From Candidatus Omnitrophota bacterium (GTDB lineage: Bacteria > Ratteibacteria > UBA8468 > B48-G9 > DTJG01): DNA of 64,000 bases. The translations under genes were made by a program, and so were the position numbers. Under the pieces are notes generated by a model. The model had not been told where the DNA came from, did not search any database, and was given only the letters and a program-made list of their open reading frames with translations. Where the stretch lies: the NCBI GenBank assembly GCA_023818375.1, contig JAMWCC010000079.1, forward strand, positions 2,021-66,020, read 5' to 3'. Shown here piece by piece: positions 39,357 to 49,703 of this stretch (within the stretch, counting starts at the first letter, position 1; each line of letters opens with the position of its first letter).

Positions 39357-40567
39357 TATTCGGCCTTGTAAATTGTTATCCTGTTTTTACCCTGTTCTTT
39401 TGAAATAAACAAGGCTCTGTCTGCATTCTTAACTACTTCCTCCCATGTATCGCCATGTTCTGGATAAGAAGCAATTCCAAAGCTCATTGTTATATAAACC
39501 CTGTTTTCATCACCAAGAAGAAACTCACGTGAAACAACTTCATTTTTTATTCTCTCCCCAACTCTGTATGCTTCTAAACTATCAGAAAATGGCAGCAGAT
39601 ACACAAACTCATCCCCCCCGAATCTACAGATAATATCTGACTCCCTTAACAATTTTTTTACAAATGCACCAAACTGGGCAAGCAGAACATCAGTAAGTGG
39701 ATGACCATATTTATCCACATAAAACTTAAAATTGTCAAAATCAGAAATAATGACAGAAATAGGAAAATGGTTTCTTTTTGCTTTTGAAAATTCTTCCTTG
39801 ATTCTCTGCTGAAAATATCGCTTGTTATAAAGACCTGTTAAAGGATCTGTTATTGAGGCAAGTGTTATTTTTTGATGTAGCACTGCACTTTCAAATATTG
39901 ATGATACCTGTTTTGAAAATATCTCCACGGGTTCCTTGATATACTCAAAAAAATCCTTGGCTGGTTTTTCAAAAGCAACAATCCCCGTTGCTATAAGATT
40001 TTTATCATTTGCAAAAGGGACAATTGCAATTGTTGAAAATTTATTCAAACCATACTTTTTAATTGTATCTTCTATGCTGGCTTTATTTTCATCTGTAAGT
40101 AATCCAGGATAAAAAGTTCTAACATGATAGACTTTCTCCTTATTCACTGCCTTTTTCTGACTACTTCCAGAATTTATAATGAATTCATTGTTTTTGACAA
40201 ACTTTTTTAATTCGTCATCATTTATAATGAAGATAGCTGTAGTCCCCTTAAAAATTTTTGAAAGGACATCAAGAGTTTTTACGGAAAGATCCTCAATCGT
40301 CATTGTAGGTACAGCTTCAAGCTGAAAATTATGAAATGTTTTCAAATAGGCATTGTATTCAAGTATCCTTTTGTAATAGAATTCTACAAGAGTAAAAATA
40401 AAATAAAGCAAACCTCCACAAACAACTATCAACAACCACGCTGAACGGAAAAGTGCTTTGAAAGATTTAAGTGGTTGAAGATAGCCAGCATAAAAAAGAA
40501 TCAGAATAACAATTAACAGTATTGAAGCGTACTTACATATAACAAGAAGCTTTCTGTCCCTTTCCAT
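39356..40567 (-). CDS. Membrane-anchored GGDEF-domain diguanylate cyclase
   Basis: N-terminal TM helices, sensor-like middle region, RFGGDEF active-site motif. Confidence 0.8.
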   Translation of the reverse strand: MERDRKLLVICKYASILLIVILILFYAGYLQPLKSFKALFRSAWLLIVVCGGLLYFIFTLVEFYYKRILEYNAYLKTFHNFQLEAVPTMTIEDLSVKTLDVLSKIFKGTTAIFIINDDELKKFVKNNEFIINSGSSQKKAVNKEKVYHVRTFYPGLLTDENKASIEDTIKKYGLNKFSTIAIVPFANDKNLIATGIVAFEKPAKDFFEYIKEPVEIFSKQVSSIFESAVLHQKITLASITDPLTGLYNKRYFQQRIKEEFSKAKRNHFPISVIISDFDNFKFYVDKYGHPLTDVLLAQFGAFVKKLLRESDIICRFGGDEFVYLLPFSDSLEAYRVGERIKNEVVSREFLLGDENRVYITMSFGIASYPEHGDTWEEVVKNADRALFISKEQGKNRITIYKAE

Positions 40568-40599
40568 AGAATTTATGATATATGAAATCGGTCATACGG

Positions 40600-41859
40600 T
40601 CAATTACTAAGAAATTTTTCAACAACCTTTAACATCTGTTCTGTCGCACCCTTGTTTTTAACAATAACATTAAATCCTTTTTCACCCATCTCCTTACAGA
40701 TTTCGGGATTGTCAAGTAAAAATACAAGTTTTTCATAAAGCTGATCAAAAGAACCAACCTCAATTCCTGCACCTGCTCGGAGAATCATTTCCCATTCCTG
40801 TTCAAAATCCCAGTGAAATTTGCCATATATCACGGGTTTTTTGAAGGCAAGCGGCTCTATCGGATTTTGTCCACCTGCAGGAACAAGAGATCCACCAACA
40901 AAAGCAACCCTGCACTTTTTATAAAATTCAGTCAATACACCATATCTATCAAGAACAAGTACTCTTTTCTCGTGCTTTGAAGAACTAAAAACATCGTACT
41001 GAATACCTTCTGTTTCTAAAATATGATATATACTGGTTTTCTCAAGTGCCCTTGGAGCAATCACAATTACAACATCTTTATATCTATCCAGTATTTTTTT
41101 GCATATGTGAACCACATGCGGTTCCTCTGCTTTATGTATGGAACCGAAAATAACAATTTTTCTATCACTGTTATTTTCGGGATTCAAAATAAGACTCAAT
41201 TGATATACATGATCAAATTTAATACTTTTTGAGACAAGAACCTTTTCATCTGGAACTCCCAATTTTAAAAGCCTTTCAGCGTCGGATGGACTTCTCATAA
41301 CAAAACAATCAACCATATTCATGATATTTCTTATAATGAGCTTAAATGCACGGTATCTAACAAAGGACTTTCTTGACAATCTACCATTCAAAACAAGGAC
41401 TGGAATATTTTTTCTTTTTAATTCGAAAAACAAATTAGGCCAGATTTCAGTTTCAACAGATATAAAAATCTCCGGCTTTATTGCAAAAACTGCTTTCCTT
41501 GTTGCGAATGAAAAATCAAAAGGTAGAAAAATTTTGATGATATGATGTGACAGTCTTTGTTCCGCGATTATCCTGCCTGTCCTGCTTGTGCAGGAAACTA
41601 CAATCTGTCTGTCACTGAACTTTTTAGATATCTCATTTATAAGTGGAATAATTGCGAGTAGTTCTCCTATTGAGACGGCATGAATCCATATATTATGGTT
41701 CTTCAGAATTTTGATTTCAGTACAATAGATTCCAAGTCTTTCAAGAAAATCATGAAAACGGCCATCCTTACCAAAAAGACGTTTTCCATAAAATGGCAGT
41801 GAAAAAATCAAGCCAATTGCATAAATCAGATCATATATTGAAAAAAAAATGCGATGCAT
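40600..41859 (-). CDS. waaA: 3-deoxy-D-manno-octulosonic acid (Kdo) transferase WaaA/KdtA
   Basis: IWIHAVSIGELLAIIPLI N-terminal signature. 419 aa. Confidence 0.85.
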   Translation of the reverse strand: MHRIFFSIYDLIYAIGLIFSLPFYGKRLFGKDGRFHDFLERLGIYCTEIKILKNHNIWIHAVSIGELLAIIPLINEISKKFSDRQIVVSCTSRTGRIIAEQRLSHHIIKIFLPFDFSFATRKAVFAIKPEIFISVETEIWPNLFFELKRKNIPVLVLNGRLSRKSFVRYRAFKLIIRNIMNMVDCFVMRSPSDAERLLKLGVPDEKVLVSKSIKFDHVYQLSLILNPENNSDRKIVIFGSIHKAEEPHVVHICKKILDRYKDVVIVIAPRALEKTSIYHILETEGIQYDVFSSSKHEKRVLVLDRYGVLTEFYKKCRVAFVGGSLVPAGGQNPIEPLAFKKPVIYGKFHWDFEQEWEMILRAGAGIEVGSFDQLYEKLVFLLDNPEICKEMGEKGFNVIVKNKGATEQMLKVVEKFLSN

Positions 41860-43283
41860 TATTGTTCAAAAATCAGTTTTGCTGGGAAAAGATTATCTCT
41901 ACCAATCAGACCTTTTGGATCAAATATCTTCTTTATCCTTATCATGTCTCTAATACCGTTATCTCCATACATCATCCTTAAATATGGATATTTTATTTTG
42001 CCGATACCGTGTTCAGCGGAGATTGTTCCACCTAATGAAATTGCCTTTTCAACACAGCTAAGATAGATCTGTCTGGCAAGATTTTTTTCCCTCTCATCAA
42101 CAGGGAAAAGATTGAAATGAAGATGATTTTCTCCAATATGACCGAATAAAACCGTCCTTATGCCCGATTCTTTTGAAAATTTTCTGTAAAAGGCAACCAG
42201 TTCTCTAAAATTATTTTCTGGTACAGCGATATCGAGTGAAATTTTTGTAATATTCAATTTTCTGAAATACGCATTGATATTTTCTGGAAGCTTATGCCTG
42301 AAATCGATCAATCTTTGATAACTTTTTGGATCCCCCCCAACCCAAACATCCTTAGCCTGATATTTTTCAGAAATCTCAAGCCACTTTTCCATCAATTCAG
42401 TAGTATCTGTGCTTTCAATATAAAAGGCGCAACAATCATCAGGTATTTCAGGAAAATCGTTTTTAAGAAAAAACAAACTCTCGCGATCAAAAAATTCAAG
42501 GGTATACATATCGCTGATAAAATCCTTCTTCACCTGCCAGAGAAATTCGAACATTTTTTCTTCAGACGGCAAAAATAGTATCATAATAAATCTGTCTGGA
42601 AGTTTATCTATGAGGGCAACCTCAACCTGTGTAATAACACCAAGCGTACCTTCAGAACCAATTATAAGATCTATCAAATCCATACGATCTGCTGAAAAAT
42701 ATCCAGCAGAACATTTAATAGGAGGCGTCCTGTAGGAAGGGATTTTTAAGGAAACAAAATCTGTTTTAATTATTCCATCGGTATCAGCAAAGTATTTTCC
42801 CCTGGGAACCTCAATAATCTTACCACTTCCAGTTACCATTCTGACTTTTAAAATATACCTTCTTGTTGCTCCAAATCTGAAGCTATATTCACCCGATGCA
42901 TTTGTTGAAGTATTCCCACCTATAAAAGCATTTCTTTCTGTAGGAAATGGCGGATAGAACTTTTTTATTATATCTGCTTCCTTAAGGAAATTGTTGACAA
43001 TGGTTCCTGCTTCAAGAACCGCTTTTTTTTCATCAATACTGATTATTCTGTTCAGGCGTTCCACAGAAATAATTGAACCTTCTGTAGGAATTCTTCCACC
43101 GACAGTTCCTGTTCCACCCCCTGAAACAGTTAGAGGTATATTTTTTTCATTACAACTATTTACAATCTCAACTACCTCATCTTCATTTTCAGGTATAAAG
43201 ACCCTATCGCACTTACCCGATTTAAAATTTGAAGAGTCTTCAAGATAACTTAAAATCTCATCTTGATTTTCCTTGATTATCAC
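41859..43283 (-). CDS. FAD-binding oxidoreductase (GlcD / D-lactate dehydrogenase-like, PCMH-type)
   Basis: VSGGGTGTVGG FAD-binding region. 474 aa. Confidence 0.7.
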   Translation of the reverse strand: MIIKENQDEILSYLEDSSNFKSGKCDRVFIPENEDEVVEIVNSCNEKNIPLTVSGGGTGTVGGRIPTEGSIISVERLNRIISIDEKKAVLEAGTIVNNFLKEADIIKKFYPPFPTERNAFIGGNTSTNASGEYSFRFGATRRYILKVRMVTGSGKIIEVPRGKYFADTDGIIKTDFVSLKIPSYRTPPIKCSAGYFSADRMDLIDLIIGSEGTLGVITQVEVALIDKLPDRFIMILFLPSEEKMFEFLWQVKKDFISDMYTLEFFDRESLFFLKNDFPEIPDDCCAFYIESTDTTELMEKWLEISEKYQAKDVWVGGDPKSYQRLIDFRHKLPENINAYFRKLNITKISLDIAVPENNFRELVAFYRKFSKESGIRTVLFGHIGENHLHFNLFPVDEREKNLARQIYLSCVEKAISLGGTISAEHGIGKIKYPYLRMMYGDNGIRDMIRIKKIFDPKGLIGRDNLFPAKLIFEQ

Positions 43284-44079
43284 CTTTTATCTCCTTTCCT
43301 CTGAATCCAACTATCACAAGTTTATTTTCGTTTGCAACTCTTATTGTTCCTTCTTGATCAATAAAAACAGTTTTTCCTGCTTCAACTGCCAGAACCTTAC
43401 CACCTGCATAAACAAGGTTTTTAACTGTTTCAGGGCCTATTGTTGGCAAATCAAATCTTGTATCCTGACCAGATCTTATAACTTTTACCACAACAAAGTC
43501 TTTACAAAATTTACCAGCCCTTTTTATCATAGCATCTGTCCCTTCAATTGCCTCAACTGCAACAACCATTCCATTTTTTATCGCAACTGCCTGTCCAATA
43601 TCAAGTTGTGCAATTGATTTCGCAATCTTCCAGCCGTTAAATATGTCATTCCATTGTACTGTATCAGGTTTTGAAATTGTATATATCTTTTCTTCAGCAA
43701 GATGGTTTTTGAAAACCTTCGTCAATGGCAAAATTTCTATTTTGTTTCTGACAATTAATCCGGCAAGTTCTTCAAAAATTTTTTGTGGTCTTAAATCCCT
43801 GATACCATTAAGAAAATTTTTACCAGACTGTGAGATATCCCTTTTAAAAATTGATGAAGCCTCTATCTTTCCTGCAAAAACAAGTCTTTCTATACCATTT
43901 TTTCTGACATAGTTTAAAAAGCCATCTATGTCTCCAAAGTCAAGGATAATCTCTTTTTCAAATCCTACTTTTTTTTCAAAACTGAAAGTAATGACATCAT
44001 AACCCATATTCTCAAGCTGCCTGCAGGCAACATGGGAAAAACTACTATCAGATACAAAAACTCCAACTTTTCCCTTCAT
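43258..44079 (-). CDS. lpxI: UDP-2,3-diacylglucosamine hydrolase LpxI (DUF1009 family)
   Basis: C-terminal QLDIGQAVAIKNGMVVAVEAIEGTDAMIKRAG...DTRFDLPTIGPETV. Start moved to the ATG at 44079, which has an AAGGTGGA RBS just after the queC stop. Confidence 0.7.
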   Translation of the reverse strand: MKGKVGVFVSDSSFSHVACRQLENMGYDVITFSFEKKVGFEKEIILDFGDIDGFLNYVRKNGIERLVFAGKIEASSIFKRDISQSGKNFLNGIRDLRPQKIFEELAGLIVRNKIEILPLTKVFKNHLAEEKIYTISKPDTVQWNDIFNGWKIAKSIAQLDIGQAVAIKNGMVVAVEAIEGTDAMIKRAGKFCKDFVVVKVIRSGQDTRFDLPTIGPETVKNLVYAGGKVLAVEAGKTVFIDQEGTIRVANENKLVIVGFRGKEIKGDNQGKSR

Positions 44080-44080
44080 C

Positions 44081-44746
44081 TCATCCACCTTTAGTTTTGT
44101 ATTCAACAGGGTCTTTAATCCCAGCTTCAAAAAATGCTGCAAGTCGAATTTTGCATGAATCACATTCACCGCAGGGCTTTTCTTCACCTTTGTAACAAGA
44201 CCAAGTAATAGAAAAATCAAGCCCCAGATTCAATCCAATTTTGATAATTTCTGACTTCTTCAATGTTAAAAGCGGTGCTTTCAAAATTATTTTTTTCTTT
44301 TCAACACTCTTTTTAATACCTGTATCAATTACTCTCTGAAAGGACTCAATAAATTCTGGTCTGCAATCAGGATAACCCGAATAATCAATAGCATGAACTC
44401 CAATTACTATTGCATCAGCATCTATAGATTCCGCGTATGCAAGAGCAAGAGATAAAAAAATTATGTTCCGTGCTGGAACATAAGTTGGTGGAATTGTTGA
44501 TTTTCCGGTTTCCGGTATATAGTCCGGGTTGGTTAAAGAAGAAGGAAGCCAAGAAAGGTCAATGTTCATAAATCTATGTTCCCTAACAGCCAGAAACTGT
44601 CCAATCTTTTTTGCGCTTTCCAATTCTTTTTTATGCAACTGCCCGTATGAAACACTAAACCCATAAAGCTCGCTTCCTTTTTGCTTTTCAATAGCAGCTG
44701 CAACAAAACTATCAATTCCCCCTGAAATGAGTACCACAGTCTTCAT
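44081..44746 (-). CDS. queC: 7-cyano-7-deazaguanine synthase QueC
   Basis: LISGGIDS PP-loop; CGECDSCKIR zinc motif. Confidence 0.9.
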   Translation of the reverse strand: MKTVVLISGGIDSFVAAAIEKQKGSELYGFSVSYGQLHKKELESAKKIGQFLAVREHRFMNIDLSWLPSSLTNPDYIPETGKSTIPPTYVPARNIIFLSLALAYAESIDADAIVIGVHAIDYSGYPDCRPEFIESFQRVIDTGIKKSVEKKKIILKAPLLTLKKSEIIKIGLNLGLDFSITWSCYKGEEKPCGECDSCKIRLAAFFEAGIKDPVEYKTKGG

Positions 44747-45351
44747 CTTAATTTCATAACCTTATGCAACTGTAATCTAATAAACCAGTTTGGCATACCT
44801 GCTTTTTTTATTTCCATCAAAATCATAGAAGCGATTCTTAAATCGTTATTAACAGGTTGAAGAATAACTGGCTTATCAATACTTTTATCAACAAACAAGA
44901 TATCTGATTTTTTTGTGATCACATACTTAAACTCTGATGCAACTTTTTTAAATCTTTTATCATATCCAGAAGGCATTAATTTCAAAGCATCTCTTTTGGG
45001 ACTTATGCAAATCCAGTCAAGGTCAATTTCTCTCCAGATCGTTCCATTTGTTTCAACAGCAACAAAATAACCATTTTTTTTTAAAAGCTCAGCAAGAAGC
45101 GAAAAATCCTGAAGATATGGTTCACCCCCTGTAATTATGACATTTGAAATTTTTGCCTTTTTTTTTGCCAGAAACTCAACCTTCTCTATAATTTCTTTTT
45201 CCTGCATCAACCTCTTTTTTTTGAATGCCTGTGGCGTATCACAAAATTTGCAGTTTAAATTACATCCATAAAGTCTGATAAAAATTGCTGGAATACCCTG
45301 CCGATATCCTTCACCCTGAATTGAGCAAAAAATCTCAGAAATTTCAAGCAT
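44743..45351 (-). CDS. queE: 7-carboxy-7-deazaguanine synthase QueE (radical SAM)
   Basis: FCSIQGEG and CNLNCKFCDT cluster motifs. Confidence 0.85.
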   Translation of the reverse strand: MLEISEIFCSIQGEGYRQGIPAIFIRLYGCNLNCKFCDTPQAFKKKRLMQEKEIIEKVEFLAKKKAKISNVIITGGEPYLQDFSLLAELLKKNGYFVAVETNGTIWREIDLDWICISPKRDALKLMPSGYDKRFKKVASEFKYVITKKSDILFVDKSIDKPVILQPVNNDLRIASMILMEIKKAGMPNWFIRLQLHKVMKLR

Positions 45352-45353
45352 AA

Positions 45354-46412
45354 TTAGTACCAGCCCGCATCATACGCAGTTTCGTACATTGTGATAATAT
45401 TTTCAACCGGCGTGATCGCCTGTAGATTATGGCAGGGACCTAAAAAAAATCCACCGTTATTACCAAAAATTTCTATGTTTTCAATGACCTCTTTTTTTAC
45501 TTCCTCAATACTTCCGAAAGGCATTGTGTATTGATTGTCCATTGCTCCGTGAAAACAGATTTTCTCTCCAAAATCTTTTTTTAATTGCATCCTGTCCATA
45601 CCCTTACATCGCCACTGTACAGGATCAAGAACATCCATCCCGCATTCAATAAGATCAGGAATTATATCTCTTATGGCTCCATCACTATGAGTTATTACAT
45701 ATGCTCCGTTCTGATGAACAAGCTCCATCATCTTTTTCATCCTTGGAAGGAAAAATCTTCTTATGCAATCAGGTGAAAATAGCAATGTTTCCTGAGAACC
45801 AAGATCTTCAGCAACCATTGTTAATAAAACCTTCCCAGGTATTTTCTCGTAGATACCCTGGGTAATTTTGTAATAAAGCTGAAAAATCTGTTCCATACAA
45901 TAGTCAACAATATCAGGTTTTTCAATTAAATCCAACATTGCTCTTTCAAGACCACGTAGCTGTGTATATCTTAAAAAAGGTTCCATTCCACCACCAAATA
46001 TTGGTAGATGTTCCTTGCCTTCAATCTGCTTTTTTATTCTTGAAAAATCAAACCAGTCAATCGAAGGAAATGTATAGTTCTTTTTAATATCCTGAAGTGT
46101 TTCAAAGTCTGCAAGTGGATGAAAAACACATTCTGAATAAACACCAGTCCCATACGAAACATTCTTAAAGCCACATCCAAAAAAATCATAACCCTCAGGA
46201 ATATTTGGTCCAACATACTCAGGGAAAACACTTACAGTTTCATCAATGTGCAATTTTTTGAAAAGTTGGTAATCTTCAGAGATCCCGAGATGTTTCTTTA
46301 CTTTTTCAAGAGTTTCGCGGGTTGCTCTCCAAAATAAAGGAACCCTATCTGGCTTTTTCTTGTTTAAAACAGCCTGCCAGCGCTCAACAGGACTCATCGA
46401 ATCAATTGCCAT
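45354..46412 (-). CDS. Uroporphyrinogen decarboxylase (URO-D) family protein, MtaA/CmuA-like
   Basis: 352 aa with URO-D-like fold signatures. Exact function not assignable. Confidence 0.55.
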   Translation of the reverse strand: MAIDSMSPVERWQAVLNKKKPDRVPLFWRATRETLEKVKKHLGISEDYQLFKKLHIDETVSVFPEYVGPNIPEGYDFFGCGFKNVSYGTGVYSECVFHPLADFETLQDIKKNYTFPSIDWFDFSRIKKQIEGKEHLPIFGGGMEPFLRYTQLRGLERAMLDLIEKPDIVDYCMEQIFQLYYKITQGIYEKIPGKVLLTMVAEDLGSQETLLFSPDCIRRFFLPRMKKMMELVHQNGAYVITHSDGAIRDIIPDLIECGMDVLDPVQWRCKGMDRMQLKKDFGEKICFHGAMDNQYTMPFGSIEEVKKEVIENIEIFGNNGGFFLGPCHNLQAITPVENIITMYETAYDAGWY

Positions 46413-46486
46413 TTTCTTCCTTTTTTGAAAGGTTTAATTTTACTAAATATTATACTTCTCGGCAGGACAGGACTCAAATAATTTTT

Positions 46487-48157
46487 TTAATTCTTATCTT
46501 TTGAAAAAACAATATTAGAGTACTCGCCAAGCATCTCATATTTTTTCTGCCAGGTTGTATACATAAAACCGCATACACCATCAACATTCTTTGCAAGATT
46601 GAGCCATTCTTTTACATCTTCAAGATTATCAGCATCATAATAATTGGCTATTAAAATTTTAAAACCTTTTTCAGCAAAAAATTTCAGGCTTTTTTCCCTT
46701 GGTTTGCCACCCCATACACCAATAATTAAATCTCTTGGTATGTAATTCCAGGAGTGTCTGAAATCTCCTTTCACAAGATAATAATCTGCTTTAGCATTAT
46801 GGTTTGGATCAAACATATCAGACCATATATAAATTTCAGCTTCTGGATTATATTTTTTTAGTATTTCAAACTGCCTTGTGACACAACTTCCAAGTAGTTT
46901 AGCCATATCCCGGCCTTCACATCCCTGACACGTACCACCCATCCTGATTTCATCCATATTGAGAATTACCTTTTTGTATTTTAATTTTTCCCATAGCAAC
47001 TTTGCCTCATGGTCAAAAATTTCGTAAAGTGCTGGTTCTGCCATACACACACTAACCTGGCTATCATAAATTAACATCGGGTGATACCAGCTAACTCTTA
47101 AATACTCTCCATCTTTTATTCTGCTACCAGAAGGTATTCTTATTACAGGTTGAGGATAGTCGAAATCCCTTCTAAAAGGATTAAAATATGGATCAAAAAT
47201 TTTCTCATAGTCCTTGCCCTCTTCATAAACGATTGTTCCGTCTTCACTTTTTACCACAACAGGCGTTCCGGGTCGTCTGAGAACATTGTAAAGAGCAACT
47301 TCCTCAATCTTCCAATCATCAATCCAGAATTTCCCTTCTTTTCCACCCCAGATACCCACATATAGCTTTATCCGTGAAAACTCAAGACTATTAAAAAGCA
47401 TCGTCAGTTTTCTCCAGTCAGTCGTTGAAGGAATATTAAATGAGCGTGGTGCGATATCCTTGTTTTCACCAAGCACAAGGATGCGAAAATTTGCTGATGG
47501 CTTTAAGTTTTCTGTCTTCACCCATATCGTAACCTTATAACACCTATAAGGAATAACGTCAATTTCTTGCATAATCCTGGCATTTCCATAGGATGATACA
47601 CCAAACTTCTCAAATCTTAATGAGGCGCTTCCGCTGTGTTTTATCTGTGTATCAACAAAACTTATTTTTCCTGGTTCATCGTGAAATCTATAACCTGTTA
47701 GCCTGTTTCCCTGATATGATTCAAAACCACCATTAAGAATCTCTATTTTTCTTTCAGGAAAATGGACTGCCCTATTACCCGTAACCACAAAACGAGAATC
47801 CTTTACCGGCAATCCTTCAGCAAGATTTCTATCGTGCGAAAGTGGGCTCCCATACCCAACTGAAAAAACAGCCGGAACAAGCTCCAGCTGCAGTTGTTCA
47901 CAGGTTCTTTTTATTTTTTCAAGTCCTTCAAAAAATTTTTCATCTTGTTTGCAGAGAGAATCAAGGCCCCCTGATAACACTATTCCATTATAATTAATTT
48001 TTGAAGCAACATTAACCAAGGATATAACTTTTTCAACATCCTGTTTTTCTCTTATGTTAAAACCAAAAATCCAAACAAACCTATCCTTCCACTCAATAGC
48101 CCAGGAGAGATTTTGAATTAAAAAAAGGCATATAAGTATAACTTTGATCGCTCCCAT
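46487..48157 (-). CDS. Secreted hypothetical protein with a CBM-like beta-sandwich middle region (possible glycoside hydrolase)
   Basis: Signal peptide. 556 aa. No motif I can name with confidence. Confidence 0.35.
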   Translation of the reverse strand: MGAIKVILICLFLIQNLSWAIEWKDRFVWIFGFNIREKQDVEKVISLVNVASKINYNGIVLSGGLDSLCKQDEKFFEGLEKIKRTCEQLQLELVPAVFSVGYGSPLSHDRNLAEGLPVKDSRFVVTGNRAVHFPERKIEILNGGFESYQGNRLTGYRFHDEPGKISFVDTQIKHSGSASLRFEKFGVSSYGNARIMQEIDVIPYRCYKVTIWVKTENLKPSANFRILVLGENKDIAPRSFNIPSTTDWRKLTMLFNSLEFSRIKLYVGIWGGKEGKFWIDDWKIEEVALYNVLRRPGTPVVVKSEDGTIVYEEGKDYEKIFDPYFNPFRRDFDYPQPVIRIPSGSRIKDGEYLRVSWYHPMLIYDSQVSVCMAEPALYEIFDHEAKLLWEKLKYKKVILNMDEIRMGGTCQGCEGRDMAKLLGSCVTRQFEILKKYNPEAEIYIWSDMFDPNHNAKADYYLVKGDFRHSWNYIPRDLIIGVWGGKPREKSLKFFAEKGFKILIANYYDADNLEDVKEWLNLAKNVDGVCGFMYTTWQKKYEMLGEYSNIVFSKDKN

Positions 48158-48275
48158 AATAAAAATATAATATGCCTTTTGGGAAAAAAAACAAATTTTG
48201 CTTTTTGAAAATTGACAAATTTACGACAAAGGGTGGTAATTATTATTCATAAGTTTTAAGAGGAGACTGGATAGA

Positions 48276-48824
48276 TTGGATCTTGTTCCAAAAAAAGTTT
48301 TTATGACAAAAGGTGTTGGAAAGGACAGAGAAAAACTGACAAGTTTCGAAAGAGCCCTGAGAAATGCTGGAATTGCCCAGTTCAACCTGGTCTCAATTTC
48401 CAGTATTTTCCCACCACACTGCAAGCTCATTTCAAAAACTGAAGGGCTTTCCTACCTTAAGCCTGGACAGATTTTGTATGTTGTCATGAGTAAAAATGCA
48501 ACAAATGAACCACACAGATTGATTACTGCTTCTGTTGGTTTAGCGATACCAAAAGACCCAAACCAGTATGGTTATTTATCAGAACATGAAAGCTTCGGAG
48601 AAACAGAAGAAAAAGCAGGAGATTATGCAGAAGACCTTGCAGCAACAATGCTGGCAACAATTTTAGGGCTTGAGTTTGACCCAAATTCATCCTATGACGA
48701 AAAAAAACAGATATGGCGCATGTCAAACCAGATTATTAAAACAACAAATATCACACAGTCAGCAATCGGTGATAAAAATGGGTTGTGGACAACGGTTATT
48801 GCTGCTGCTGTTTTTATACTCTGA
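48276..48824 (+). CDS. pdaD: Pyruvoyl-dependent arginine decarboxylase PdaD
   Basis: NLVSISSIFPP self-cleavage region and AIPKD motif. 182 aa. Confidence 0.8.
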   Translation: MDLVPKKVFMTKGVGKDREKLTSFERALRNAGIAQFNLVSISSIFPPHCKLISKTEGLSYLKPGQILYVVMSKNATNEPHRLITASVGLAIPKDPNQYGYLSEHESFGETEEKAGDYAEDLAATMLATILGLEFDPNSSYDEKKQIWRMSNQIIKTTNITQSAIGDKNGLWTTVIAAAVFIL

Positions 48825-48829
48825 CAGAA

Positions 48830-49699
48830 ATGAGTGAAGCACTTCCCTATACCTTCGGTGGAATAAAAGCTATTTCCTTAAACAGGTCGAAATTTGTTAT
48901 TCTCCCTGTACCATACGAAGGTACTGTTTCCTTTAGACCCGGGACAAGATTTGGTCCAGAATCGATAATACTTTCTTCAAGATACATGGAACTTTATGAT
49001 GAAGAAACAAACTCAGAACCATGGCTTGTTGGTATTATCACACTACCAGAAATTGTCCAGGAAATTGATTCTGCACCAAAAATGATGAAAAAGATTGCAA
49101 AAACCGCAGAAAAAATAATTGAAAAAGATAAATTTCTGATAACCCTTGGTGGAGAACATTCAATAAGTTTTCCTGTAGTAAAAGAGTATCAGAAAAAATA
49201 CCCAAATCTAAAGGTTATTCATTTTGATGCCCACGCAGATTTACGAATGGAATATGAAGGAAGTAAATCAAGCCATGCAAGTGTAATAAGAAGAATTTCT
49301 GAACTTGGTTGTGAAATTTTCAGTTTTGGTATAAGAAGTTTGAGTAAAGAAGAAGCAGATGATTTAGCGAAATTAAAAAATGTCCATATCAATTTTGCTT
49401 ACAATTGTAGAAATCAGGATTTGATTGACAAGGCAGCTAATTTACCGCAGGGAAACTATTACATCACAATTGACATTGATTGTTTTGACCCATCAGTTGT
49501 TCCTGATACTGGAACTCCTGAACCGGGTGGCTTAACGTGGTATGAAGTAACAGGATTTTTAAGAAAATTTATTGAATCACACAATGTCGTTGGCGCTGAT
49601 CTTGTTGAGCTTGCTCCGTCCAATCACTATTGTGCCTCATCATTCCTTGCAGCAAAACTCGTTTACAAAATCATTGCCTATCTTACCAAAAAAAGCTAA
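48830..49699 (+). CDS. speB: Agmatinase SpeB (arginase family)
   Basis: HFDAHADL and DIDCFDPSVVPDTGTPEPGG manganese-binding motifs. Start at the ATG at 48830, after the pdaD stop. Confidence 0.85.
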   Translation: MSEALPYTFGGIKAISLNRSKFVILPVPYEGTVSFRPGTRFGPESIILSSRYMELYDEETNSEPWLVGIITLPEIVQEIDSAPKMMKKIAKTAEKIIEKDKFLITLGGEHSISFPVVKEYQKKYPNLKVIHFDAHADLRMEYEGSKSSHASVIRRISELGCEIFSFGIRSLSKEEADDLAKLKNVHINFAYNCRNQDLIDKAANLPQGNYYITIDIDCFDPSVVPDTGTPEPGGLTWYEVTGFLRKFIESHNVVGADLVELAPSNHYCASSFLAAKLVYKIIAYLTKKS

Positions 49700-49703
49700 T
49701 ACT

